Below, piece after piece: positions 18,954 through 27,592 of a stretch of 33,650 nt of DNA. How positions within the stretch are numbered: the first letter of the stretch is position 1; each line of letters begins with the position of its first letter. The stretch is from an uncultured bacterium (GTDB lineage Bacteria; Patescibacteriota; Minisyncoccia; Phycocordibacterales; UBA9973). The position numbers were made by a program, and so were the translations under genes. The notes beneath the pieces were generated by a model that was not told the DNA's origin, did not search any database, and was given only the letters and a program-made list of their open reading frames with translations. Where the stretch lies: contig CAILJY010000078.1 in assembly GCA_903834665.1 (NCBI GenBank), forward strand, positions 1-33,650, read 5' to 3'.

Positions 18954-20603
18954 ATGGATAGAAAATGCGAACACTGCCAGAAAGAATTCCACATTTCAGT
19001 AGGGGAACTTTCTATGTATGAAAAGGTTGGGATAGAGATACCGATACAGTGTTTTTTGTGTAGAATAAAACACCTATTATATTTTTGGACATTTGGAAAG
19101 TTTAGAAAAGGAACATCTGATTTATCAGGAGAAAGTTTAATTACAGTTCTTCCTGTTAATAGTAGATATCCAATTTATACTCTACATGAATGGTATAGTG
19201 ATAATTGGGATGCAATGGATTTTGGGGTTGATTATGATCCGATGCAACCATTTTTTAAACAGTTGCAAAATTTACAAGAAAAAATTCCACGTCCACATCA
19301 AAATGGAGCGAAGAGTACTAACTGTGACTGGTGTGATGATGTTTGGAGTTGTAAAGATTCTTATCTATCTCGCTCAATGGTTGATTGCGAAAATTTATTC
19401 TATTCATACAGAAACATAAAAGTAAAGAATTCAATTGACCTTGTTGTTTGTTTTGATTCAGAAAGGTGTTTTGAGTGTTTTAATTGTTATAATTCTTACA
19501 AACTTTTTTATTCTAGAAATTCAAAAGATTGTATAGAATCTTACTTCTTGGGAGATTGCCGTAATTGTCAAAACTGTTTTATGTGTTGGAATTTAAGAGG
19601 GAAATCATATTGTATAGAAAATATTCAATATACCAAAGAAGAATATTTTGAAAAGTTAAAATCTTTTAATATTGATTCATATAATTCGGTTAAAAATTAT
19701 AAAAAAATATTTGAAGAAATTGCTCAAAAAGAAATAGTGCACAAGGAGAATTTTAATTTAAGATCTTATAATTGTAGTGGAAATTATTTATTAGATACAA
19801 AAGATTGTAGCAATTGTAATACAATATCAGGATCTGAAGATTGCTATAATTGTGTTCGTAATGGTTGGTTAAAATCTTCTATTGATATTGTAGGGTGTAT
19901 GAATTTGGAATTATCAGGGAATTGTAGTTCTTGTCAACCAAGCGGTTATTCTCTAAAGTACTCTAGTTGGTCACCATCAAGATTCTCTGAATATCTTGAC
20001 CTATGTGTAGAATGTGAATATTGTTTTGGTTGTGTTGGATTGAAAAAGAAGAAATATTGTATTTTAAATAAACAATATGAAAAAGATGAGTATGAAAATC
20101 TAAAAAATAAAATAATAGATGATATGAAAATGCGGGGTGAATATGGACAGTTCTTACCATATTCTATGTCAACTGGGCCTTTTAATTTTTCGACAAGTTT
20201 TTTATATTTTCCTAAAACCAAAAAAGAGGATGTTTTGAAACTTGGTGGTTATTGGGAAGATTTGGATGAAAGTCACATTGAAGGGATACCGACTAGTCAT
20301 TTGCCTGATTCGATTAATGATGTTGATGAAAAAATTTGCTCCCAAGCCTTGATTTGTCCGGAGACAGGTTGGCGTTTTAATATTGCTCAAAATGAATTAA
20401 TTTTTTATAAACAAAATAATATTCCCTTACCCAGGTATCATTTTGATGTTCGAATAAAAGAATTACTTAAATATTCAACTGTTTTAGATACATCATTGTA
20501 TGAATGTTGTTATTGTAAGAAAGAAATAGATGCTTATTATCCGAAAGATTGGGGATATAAAAATATTGCTTGTGAAAATTGCTATAAGCAAAATCTAAAC
20601 TAA
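18954..20603 (+). CDS. Cys-rich zinc-ribbon/solenoid protein, paralogue 3 (549 aa)
   Basis: CEHCQKEF...CFLCR, NCFMCWNLRGKSYCIEN and YCFGCVGLKKKKYCILNKQY motifs, C-terminal CCYC...CENCY; 23 nt after ATPase 1. Confidence 0.88.
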   Translation: MDRKCEHCQKEFHISVGELSMYEKVGIEIPIQCFLCRIKHLLYFWTFGKFRKGTSDLSGESLITVLPVNSRYPIYTLHEWYSDNWDAMDFGVDYDPMQPFFKQLQNLQEKIPRPHQNGAKSTNCDWCDDVWSCKDSYLSRSMVDCENLFYSYRNIKVKNSIDLVVCFDSERCFECFNCYNSYKLFYSRNSKDCIESYFLGDCRNCQNCFMCWNLRGKSYCIENIQYTKEEYFEKLKSFNIDSYNSVKNYKKIFEEIAQKEIVHKENFNLRSYNCSGNYLLDTKDCSNCNTISGSEDCYNCVRNGWLKSSIDIVGCMNLELSGNCSSCQPSGYSLKYSSWSPSRFSEYLDLCVECEYCFGCVGLKKKKYCILNKQYEKDEYENLKNKIIDDMKMRGEYGQFLPYSMSTGPFNFSTSFLYFPKTKKEDVLKLGGYWEDLDESHIEGIPTSHLPDSINDVDEKICSQALICPETGWRFNIAQNELIFYKQNNIPLPRYHFDVRIKELLKYSTVLDTSLYECCYCKKEIDAYYPKDWGYKNIACENCYKQNLN

Positions 20604-20704
20604 AAATACCAATAAGTCCGTCTTAGTTATATGTTATTAACAAATTTATATATAATGTTATAATTAATTTGTAAAGGTCGTAATCTAATATATCTATATA
20701 TTTT

Positions 20705-21010
20705 ATGGTATTTATATATACAACATGCAAAAATATGGATGAAGCAGAAAAACTCGGGACTCTAATTGTAAGTAAAAAAATAGCTGCTTGTGTTGATTTT
20801 TGGCCTATCTCATCTTGTTATGATTGGCAAGGATCTTTTCAGTGTGTATCTCAAGCAATGCTTTTAATTACAACTTTTGAAGCTAAATTAGAAGAAGTCA
20901 ATCAAATTATTTCTGAGAATCATACTTATAGTATTCCACTTATTGCAGGAGTAGATGTTCGTCGTATTAATCACCCATATAAAGAATGGATGATGGAAGT
21001 TATAGAATAA
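20705..21010 (+). CDS. cutA: Divalent-cation tolerance protein CutA
   Basis: YTTC....EAEKL...IV.KKIAACV...PI.S.Y.WQG ... H.YSIP ... Y.EW, 101 aa. Confidence 0.88.
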   Translation: MVFIYTTCKNMDEAEKLGTLIVSKKIAACVDFWPISSCYDWQGSFQCVSQAMLLITTFEAKLEEVNQIISENHTYSIPLIAGVDVRRINHPYKEWMMEVIE

Positions 21011-21012
21011 TT

Positions 21013-21432
21013 ATGCCTAATAAAAAAGTTGTAATTTTTGGAGTCTTTGATGGTATTCATGAAGGACATTTAGCTTTTATAAAAGAAGCAAAAAAGCAAG
21101 GCAATAATCTTGTGGCTATTGTCGCACGTGATGAAATGGTTCAGAAATTAAAAGGTAAAATTCCAAAATATAATGAGGTTGAAAGAATTAATTCACTTTT
21201 AGAAATAGAAGATATTGATTTAGTTCGATTGGGAGATCTTTATATTGAAACATATAATACACTTATGGAAATTAATCCAGATATTATTTATCTTGGTTAT
21301 GACCAACAAGATCTTTCTAATAATTTAAATAAAGTAATAAAAAAAGGAATTCTTAAAAATATAAAAATTATACACTGAAATCCATATAAGCCAGAAATTT
21401 TTCATTCATCAATTTTAAATAAAGATAAATAA
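21013..21432 (+). CDS. Cytidylyltransferase-family protein (FAD synthase RibL/TagD-like); in-frame TGA at 21376-21378
   Basis: FGVFDGIHEGH (HxGH), VARD, PDIIYLGYDQ. The frame continues past TGA as NPYKPEIFHSSILNKDK to TAA 21432. Confidence 0.8.
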
Positions 21433-21470
21433 TCATTATAAAATTAAAATAACCGAACACATTGGGACGG

Positions 21471-22082
21471 TTATTTTTTTAAAATATTATTTTCTTTTTC
21501 GTTTCTCCATTTTCTAATTAATGGAATTAAAATTACAGATGATAAAATCATTTCAGAGACAGCAAAGCCAACTTCTGCTATTGTCCATGCTTTTGTGAGA
21601 ATTATTGATATGAAGCTAACAATGACAAAAAATATATACCCAGTCAGATTATATTTAACTTTAGGGTATTTAAATGTTTGTATTATTAAATATACTCCAA
21701 TAATAGTTTCTGACGAAACTGAAAAAATAAAAGTTACATATGAACCTAGTATTACCCATACAATAAGACAAATGCTTATGAGTATTATTGTAGTGATTTC
21801 AATGATGGTACATTTTATAAATCGTCTTTGGTAAAAAAGTATCGAAGACATAATAAGTGAACCAACAGTAAAACCAAAAGCCATAGGATCCATTTCAATT
21901 CTAATTTTGCCACCAGAGAACATTGTTATTCCGTCTAGTATTAAATATAGAATCCAGGTTAAAAATGTATGACTTTTGTCTTCTGGCTCTTTTACCAACC
22001 CTACTATTAATGGGGTGTAAGGGAATAGGGCTATTACAAATGTCAGTCACCATGTAAATGAATAGGGAATCATTGCTTCCAT
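21471..22082 (-). CDS. Multi-pass membrane protein; in-frame TGA at 22047-22049 near the N-terminus
   Basis: Hydrophobic ORF. Upstream of the track's TTG 21998 the frame reads MEAMIPYSFTW*LTFVIALFPYTPLIVGLVKEP, adding a first TM helix. Confidence 0.65.
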
Positions 22083-22165
22083 TGTTTGTAAATTATAGGT
22101 TTTCTCTTTAAGATAATCCTATAAATTGATATTGTCAATCGATTAATATATAATATATATAATAT

Positions 22166-24403
22166 ATGGGAACTGAAATTCCACACAATCGAGATATAAC
22201 TTATTTTGGGAAGACGAACTTTCGTAATAGTGAAGATGTTTTTGGTATAAAAAGAAAAGATCGTCGTCAGCATATGTATATCTTAGGAAAATCTGGTACA
22301 GGTAAATCTGTACTCCTTTCTAATCTAATTGTTCAAAATATTCAAAACGGAGAAGGTGTTTGTGTGGTTGATCCACACGGGGAGCTTGTAGAAGAAATAT
22401 TACATTTAATTCCAGATCATAGGGTTAAAGATGTTATTTATTTTAATCCAGCCGACTCCGATTTTCATATAGGTTTTAATGTTATTCAATTAGATGATCC
22501 AAAATATAAGCATCTAGTGGCTTCTGGTCTTATGGGAATTTTTACAAAGATTTGGGCTAACGCTTGGAGTTCTCGTATGGAATATATTTTAAATAATGCA
22601 ATTTTAGCTTTACTTGATACTCCAGGAACAACTCTTTTAGGTATTCCAAGATTGTTAGTGGATAAAGATTATCGTCAAATGATAATAGGGAATTTAAAAG
22701 ATCCTGTTGTTAAGGCTTTTTGGATTCATGAATATGAACAATGGAGAGAACAATTTAGAAATGAAGCGATTGCTCCGATTCAAAATAAAGTTGGACAATT
22801 CCTTTCAACTTCAATTATTAGAAATGTCGTTGGTCAGCCAAAATCAACAATTGATATTTTTAAAATAATGAATGAAGGAAAAATTTTCTTGGTCAATGTT
22901 TCGAAAGGACGTATTGGAGAAGATAATTCTGCTCTGTTAGGAGGAATGATAATTACTAAGATCCAGCTTGCAGCAATGGAGCGTGTTCGTATTCCTGAGG
23001 ATGAAAGAAAAGATTTTTATTTATATGTTGATGAATTCCAAAATTTTGCAACAGATTCATTTGCCAATATTTTATCTGAAGCTCGTAAATATAGACTCAA
23101 TCTAACTATTGCTCACCAATATACAGCTCAGCTTGAGAATAAAGATGGGTCTAAGGTTCGTGATGCTGTTTTTGGGAACGTTGGGACAATGATTATTTTT
23201 CGTGTGGGGGCTGATGATGCAGATTTTCTAGAAAAAGAATTTGAACCAGAATTTACAGCTCAAGACTTAGTGAATCTTCCAAACTTTTATGTTTATTTAA
23301 AATTAATGATTGACGGAGTCACTAGTCGTCCTTTTTCAGCGACAACACTTCCTCCTATTAAAGTTGATTTATCTAAAGGGGTAAAAGATAAGATTATAGA
23401 ATCATCTCGTAAACTTTATACTCGTTCAAGAATAGAAGTTGAAAATGAAATATCTAAATGGAGTGGAATGCTTCAAGTTGGAGAAGGTGAAGCAAAATAT
23501 AAAGCAGATTGTTCTAACTGTAAAAAATCCACAATGGTTCCTTTTGAGCCGAAAGAAGGAAGGCCAGTATATTGTAAAGAATGTATGTTTAAAATTAAAA
23601 CTGGTGATTTGAAACCAGAACAGGGATTTTTGGCTTCCCGTTCTTCAAATCAAGAAGAAAAAGCTTCCAATGAGGCTTTAGCTATCTTAGGGATTGAATT
23701 TAATCAATCAGATTCAAAAAATAATGGTTTTCAGAAGAATAAATCTTCCGATTTGAGAGATTCGACAAAATCATCATTTAAAGATAAACCTCAATTTACA
23801 CCATCTAATAATACTAATAAAGTTAATCAACCAAATTTTATTGAGAAGAAGAAACATTTAGGACCATCTCCTTTACTTAAGGGATTGTTACAAAAAATTG
23901 CCTTAGGAAATAAAAAAGAAAAAGAAGAAAAAAATAATTTTGAAGTAAAAGAAGTAGTTACTCATCCTAAAGAAGTAATGTCTTTATCAAAATTGAAAGA
24001 AAATAATAATCATACTGTTAAAATCGAAACAAACGCTCCAGTAAAAGAGGCTTCAGAAGAAAAAAAAGCTTCCTTAAAAGACGCATTTTCTAAAATGATT
24101 ATGCATTCAAATCACATAGAAGAAAAAAAAGAAGAAGCTGTCATTGTAAAAGAAGAAATTAAATCTGATTTTGTAGAATCAAAAAAAGAAGAAGTTATAA
24201 AAATAGAAGAAAAACAAGAAGAACAAACAAAAGAGCAGGTTACCCCTTCTAAAGATGAAATTAAAAAACCAATAGAAGCTGAAAATATTGATAATAAAGA
24301 AGAAATTATATTAGATGATATAAAAAGTAAAGATGTTTCTTGGAAAAAACGTAAAGCACAAAAAGAGGTGCCAGAGGATATTTTATTAAAGGTCTTAGAA
24401 TAA
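22166..24403 (+). CDS. VirD4/TraD-like ATPase 2 with CxxC-x17-CxxC domain and K/E-rich disordered tail
   Basis: GKSGTGKS, DPHGEL, YLYVDEFQN, LSEARKYRL; CSNC-KKSTMVPFEPKEGRPVY-CKEC; ~260 aa low-complexity C-terminus. Confidence 0.9.
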   Translation: MGTEIPHNRDITYFGKTNFRNSEDVFGIKRKDRRQHMYILGKSGTGKSVLLSNLIVQNIQNGEGVCVVDPHGELVEEILHLIPDHRVKDVIYFNPADSDFHIGFNVIQLDDPKYKHLVASGLMGIFTKIWANAWSSRMEYILNNAILALLDTPGTTLLGIPRLLVDKDYRQMIIGNLKDPVVKAFWIHEYEQWREQFRNEAIAPIQNKVGQFLSTSIIRNVVGQPKSTIDIFKIMNEGKIFLVNVSKGRIGEDNSALLGGMIITKIQLAAMERVRIPEDERKDFYLYVDEFQNFATDSFANILSEARKYRLNLTIAHQYTAQLENKDGSKVRDAVFGNVGTMIIFRVGADDADFLEKEFEPEFTAQDLVNLPNFYVYLKLMIDGVTSRPFSATTLPPIKVDLSKGVKDKIIESSRKLYTRSRIEVENEISKWSGMLQVGEGEAKYKADCSNCKKSTMVPFEPKEGRPVYCKECMFKIKTGDLKPEQGFLASRSSNQEEKASNEALAILGIEFNQSDSKNNGFQKNKSSDLRDSTKSSFKDKPQFTPSNNTNKVNQPNFIEKKKHLGPSPLLKGLLQKIALGNKKEKEEKNNFEVKEVVTHPKEVMSLSKLKENNNHTVKIETNAPVKEASEEKKASLKDAFSKMIMHSNHIEEKKEEAVIVKEEIKSDFVESKKEEVIKIEEKQEEQTKEQVTPSKDEIKKPIEAENIDNKEEIILDDIKSKDVSWKKRKAQKEVPEDILLKVLE

Positions 24404-24419
24404 CTTATTTATTATTTTT

Positions 24420-25847
24420 ATGAATAAAAAAATAATCAAACTACAAATTGTATTTGTCGTTATGTTTTTGTTTGGTATAAATTTTGCAGACGCTAGTGTC
24501 GTAATTAATGAAGTTCAATTAAGTCCGACAGAAAATAGATTTATTGAATTATATAATAATGGAAGTTCATCGGTTGATCTTACCGATTGGTATATTCAAA
24601 GAAAAACAATAGGAGGAAGTACTTTTGGGTCTTTAGTTTCTAAAACATATTTTCAAGGTAAAAATATTCAATCAAATAGTTATTTTGTAATTTCAAGGAG
24701 TGATATGAATGAATCAGATATTATTTATCCAGGGTTAACTTTAACTGAATCTAATACAATACAATTAAAAAATTCTAACCAAGAATTGGTAGATAAAATT
24801 GGATGGGGAGATGTAACTGATTGTGGAAAAATTTGTGCCCCAAATCCAATTGATTCTAAAAGTATTCAACTTGTAGAGGGTAGTTGGGTTACTAATACTC
24901 CAACTCCTGGTGAATCAAATCTAACTGAGAGTAATACTTCTGATCAAGATATAGAAGAAAATGAAAACAATAATGAAAAGGATCAACCAGAAATATTAAA
25001 AATATCATCTAAAATAATATCACCTAAAATAGCAATAGCAGGGATTCCTTTTTATCTCAATTCTTTGACGACATCAAATAGAGGCAATACTTATGCTGTT
25101 GGAAAATTTGTTTGGAATTTTGGAAATGGGACTTCTAGAACTCTAAATACATCAGAACCATTTTTGTCCTCGTATGAATATGAAGGTGAATATATGGCCA
25201 CTTTGTCATATTTTAGTAGTGTCTTTAGTAAAGTTCCTGATGCAACTGATAAAATAATAATTAAAGTCGTACCATCTGAGATTTACATAAATTCTGTTGG
25301 AGATATTAGTGATCCATTTATTGAAATTGGGAATAAATCAAATTATGATATTGTTTTATCAAACTGGGTAATTATGGCCGGAATTCATTATTTTTTGATT
25401 CCAGATGGGACTGTTATTATGTCTGGAAAGAAAATTAAATTATCACCAAAAGTTACTGGATTTACTAAAGAAGATCTTTCTTTTATAACTATTACAAACC
25501 CCAATAAAGAGATAATTGTAACTTATCCGCAATTGAATAAAAAGTTAATTTATAATACAAATTCGGTATCTAAAAATACAAATAACAATTCAATATCTTC
25601 CATTACAAAAAATGAGCTTGATCCTATATTGGCTGATTCTAAAATTATAAATTTAAATGATTTAAGTGCCAATGCCTTAGATTCTAGTAAAAATATTCCA
25701 AAATCAGCTTATCCACTTATTGGGTTACTTGTGATTATTGGTATTGGGATCACTTCTTTTTTTATAGTTAAACAAAAAACTAATACAAATGAGATTAATT
25801 ATAAAGAAAGTGGCATCAGAGCCGAAGATATGACAATAGTGGAGTAA
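24420..25847 (+). CDS. Secreted, membrane-anchored lamin-tail-domain + PKD protein
   Basis: Signal peptide ending ADA, VVINEV...FIELYNNG...VDLTDW (LTD), TPTPGESN, WNFGNG (PKD), second LTD-like FIEIGN...LSNW, C-terminal TM. Confidence 0.82.
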   Translation: MNKKIIKLQIVFVVMFLFGINFADASVVINEVQLSPTENRFIELYNNGSSSVDLTDWYIQRKTIGGSTFGSLVSKTYFQGKNIQSNSYFVISRSDMNESDIIYPGLTLTESNTIQLKNSNQELVDKIGWGDVTDCGKICAPNPIDSKSIQLVEGSWVTNTPTPGESNLTESNTSDQDIEENENNNEKDQPEILKISSKIISPKIAIAGIPFYLNSLTTSNRGNTYAVGKFVWNFGNGTSRTLNTSEPFLSSYEYEGEYMATLSYFSSVFSKVPDATDKIIIKVVPSEIYINSVGDISDPFIEIGNKSNYDIVLSNWVIMAGIHYFLIPDGTVIMSGKKIKLSPKVTGFTKEDLSFITITNPNKEIIVTYPQLNKKLIYNTNSVSKNTNNNSISSITKNELDPILADSKIINLNDLSANALDSSKNIPKSAYPLIGLLVIIGIGITSFFIVKQKTNTNEINYKESGIRAEDMTIVE

Positions 25848-25883
25848 TGGACAAAATAATGCTAAAAATGTAAGATTCTTATT

Positions 25884-27548
25884 ATGGAAACAAAAAATTG
25901 TCAAAAATGTAGGCAGAATTTTACTCTTGAACAAGATGATTTTTCTTTTTATGAGAAGATGAAAGTGTCAGTACCAAACATTTGTCCAGACTGTCGTTTC
26001 AAAATGCGAGCAATGTGGAGGAATGAAATGACTTTATATTCTGGTCAGGAATGTGAAATGTGTGGGAAGAAGGTTATAACTATTTATAATCCTAAATCAT
26101 CATATATTAAATATTGTCATGATTGTTTTTATTCTGAAAAGTGGAGCCCCAAAGATTATACTAAACCATATGATAAATCAAAAACTTTTTTTGATCAAAT
26201 GGGAGAATTTTTAAAAGAAGTTCCAAAGAATTGCTTGGGTATTTCTACTGGTGATGGTCAAAATATAAATAGTGATTATATAAATATGGCTTCTGGTTGC
26301 AAGAATTGTTATCTTGTTTTTAACACAAGTCCTGCTGAAGAATTATTATACTCAAGAGGTGTAAAAAATGGAACTTTTTCTTCTGATGTATATTTTGGAG
26401 TGAAATTTGAGAATTGTTATGATTGTGTCAGTGTTCAAGAATCAGCTAATGTCTTCTGGGGGCAAAATGTTACAGGTTGTGTTGAATCCTATTTTATATT
26501 AAATGGTAGTGGACTTACAAACTGTTTTGGCTGTGTAAATTTAAGGAACAAAAGTAATTGTTGGTTCAATGAACAATTAACATCAGAAGAATACAAAAAA
26601 AGATTGAGTGAGGTAATGGGTAGTTATACAAAAATTGTGGAAGCTCAGAAAAAGTTTCAAGAATTTTGTTTACAGCATCCACATAGAGAGAATAATAATT
26701 TAAAAACAGTAGATTGTGTAGGAGATTATCTAACAGAATGTAAAAATGTTGTTAACTCTTTTGAAGTTTCTAAATCAGAGAATTGTCGTTATCTTTTTTC
26801 TTCAAAAGTGATAAAGGATTCATTAGGCACTACAGGTTTTGGAACAAAATCAGAACAATTATTGGAAGTAGTTGCCACTGGGTATTGTAGTAATGTAATA
26901 GGTTCATATTGGGCAGAAAATTCTAGTAATATAATGTATTCTTTTGATTTGAGAAATTGTCAGGATTGTATTGGTTGTGATGCATTAAGAAATGGTAAAT
27001 ACTCTATTTTTAATAAAGAATATACAAAAGAAGAATATGAAGAACTTAAAAATCATATAGTGAAAGAACTTATAGCTTTGGGTATTCATGGATTAATGAT
27101 GCCACCAGAGATTGCTCCATTTGCATATAATGAAACAATAGCACAAGATAATATACCCTTAACTAAAGAGGAATCATTATCTCAAGGCTTCAGATGGGAA
27201 GATGACATACAAATGACTAAAGGCAAAGAGACTATACAGTCAAATGAAATAGAAGATAATATAAAAGATATTAAAGATTCTATAACAAGTGAAATATTGA
27301 AATGTATAAATTGTGAGAGGAATTATAAAATTATAGAACAAGAATTATTATTTTATCGAAAGATGAATTTACCAATTCCAAGAAGATGTTTCTATTGTCG
27401 TCATCAAGATAGAATTAAAAGACGAGGGCCTTATAAATTCTGGGATCGCAAGTGTGATCATTGTGATAAAGATATAAAGACAAATTATTCTCCAGAAAGA
27501 AAAGAAATAATTTATTGTGAAAAATGTTATCAACAAGAAGTAATATAA
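25884..27548 (+). CDS. Cys-rich zinc-ribbon/solenoid protein, paralogue 4 (554 aa)
   Basis: All four ribbons intact: CQKC..CPDC, CEMC-x17-CHDC, CINC..CFYC, CDHC-x17-CEKC. Confidence 0.9.
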   Translation: METKNCQKCRQNFTLEQDDFSFYEKMKVSVPNICPDCRFKMRAMWRNEMTLYSGQECEMCGKKVITIYNPKSSYIKYCHDCFYSEKWSPKDYTKPYDKSKTFFDQMGEFLKEVPKNCLGISTGDGQNINSDYINMASGCKNCYLVFNTSPAEELLYSRGVKNGTFSSDVYFGVKFENCYDCVSVQESANVFWGQNVTGCVESYFILNGSGLTNCFGCVNLRNKSNCWFNEQLTSEEYKKRLSEVMGSYTKIVEAQKKFQEFCLQHPHRENNNLKTVDCVGDYLTECKNVVNSFEVSKSENCRYLFSSKVIKDSLGTTGFGTKSEQLLEVVATGYCSNVIGSYWAENSSNIMYSFDLRNCQDCIGCDALRNGKYSIFNKEYTKEEYEELKNHIVKELIALGIHGLMMPPEIAPFAYNETIAQDNIPLTKEESLSQGFRWEDDIQMTKGKETIQSNEIEDNIKDIKDSITSEILKCINCERNYKIIEQELLFYRKMNLPIPRRCFYCRHQDRIKRRGPYKFWDRKCDHCDKDIKTNYSPERKEIIYCEKCYQQEVI

Positions 27549-27583
27549 TTACATATATCAGCTATAGCTGATATATGTAATTA
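27546..27583. repeat. Perfect 38-bp loopless palindrome starting at the stop codon of paralogue 4
   Basis: taattacatatatcagcta|tagctgatatatgtaatta. Confidence 0.9.
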
Positions 27584-27592
27584 ATAAAAAAT

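Noticed and set aside
21376-22049. Selenocysteine at the TGA codons
   Set aside because: Neither position looks like a catalytic Cys site, and no convincing SECIS-like hairpin follows.
17443-24403. Conjugative element / ICE
   Set aside because: No relaxase, VirB4/VirB-like genes or integrase; the ATPases sit among chromosomal genes.
11458-27548. Diversity-generating retroelement targeting the Cys-rich paralogues
   Set aside because: No reverse transcriptase or non-coding template repeat in the window. The matching 3' ends are both coding and do not show a one-sided adenine-specific mismatch pattern.
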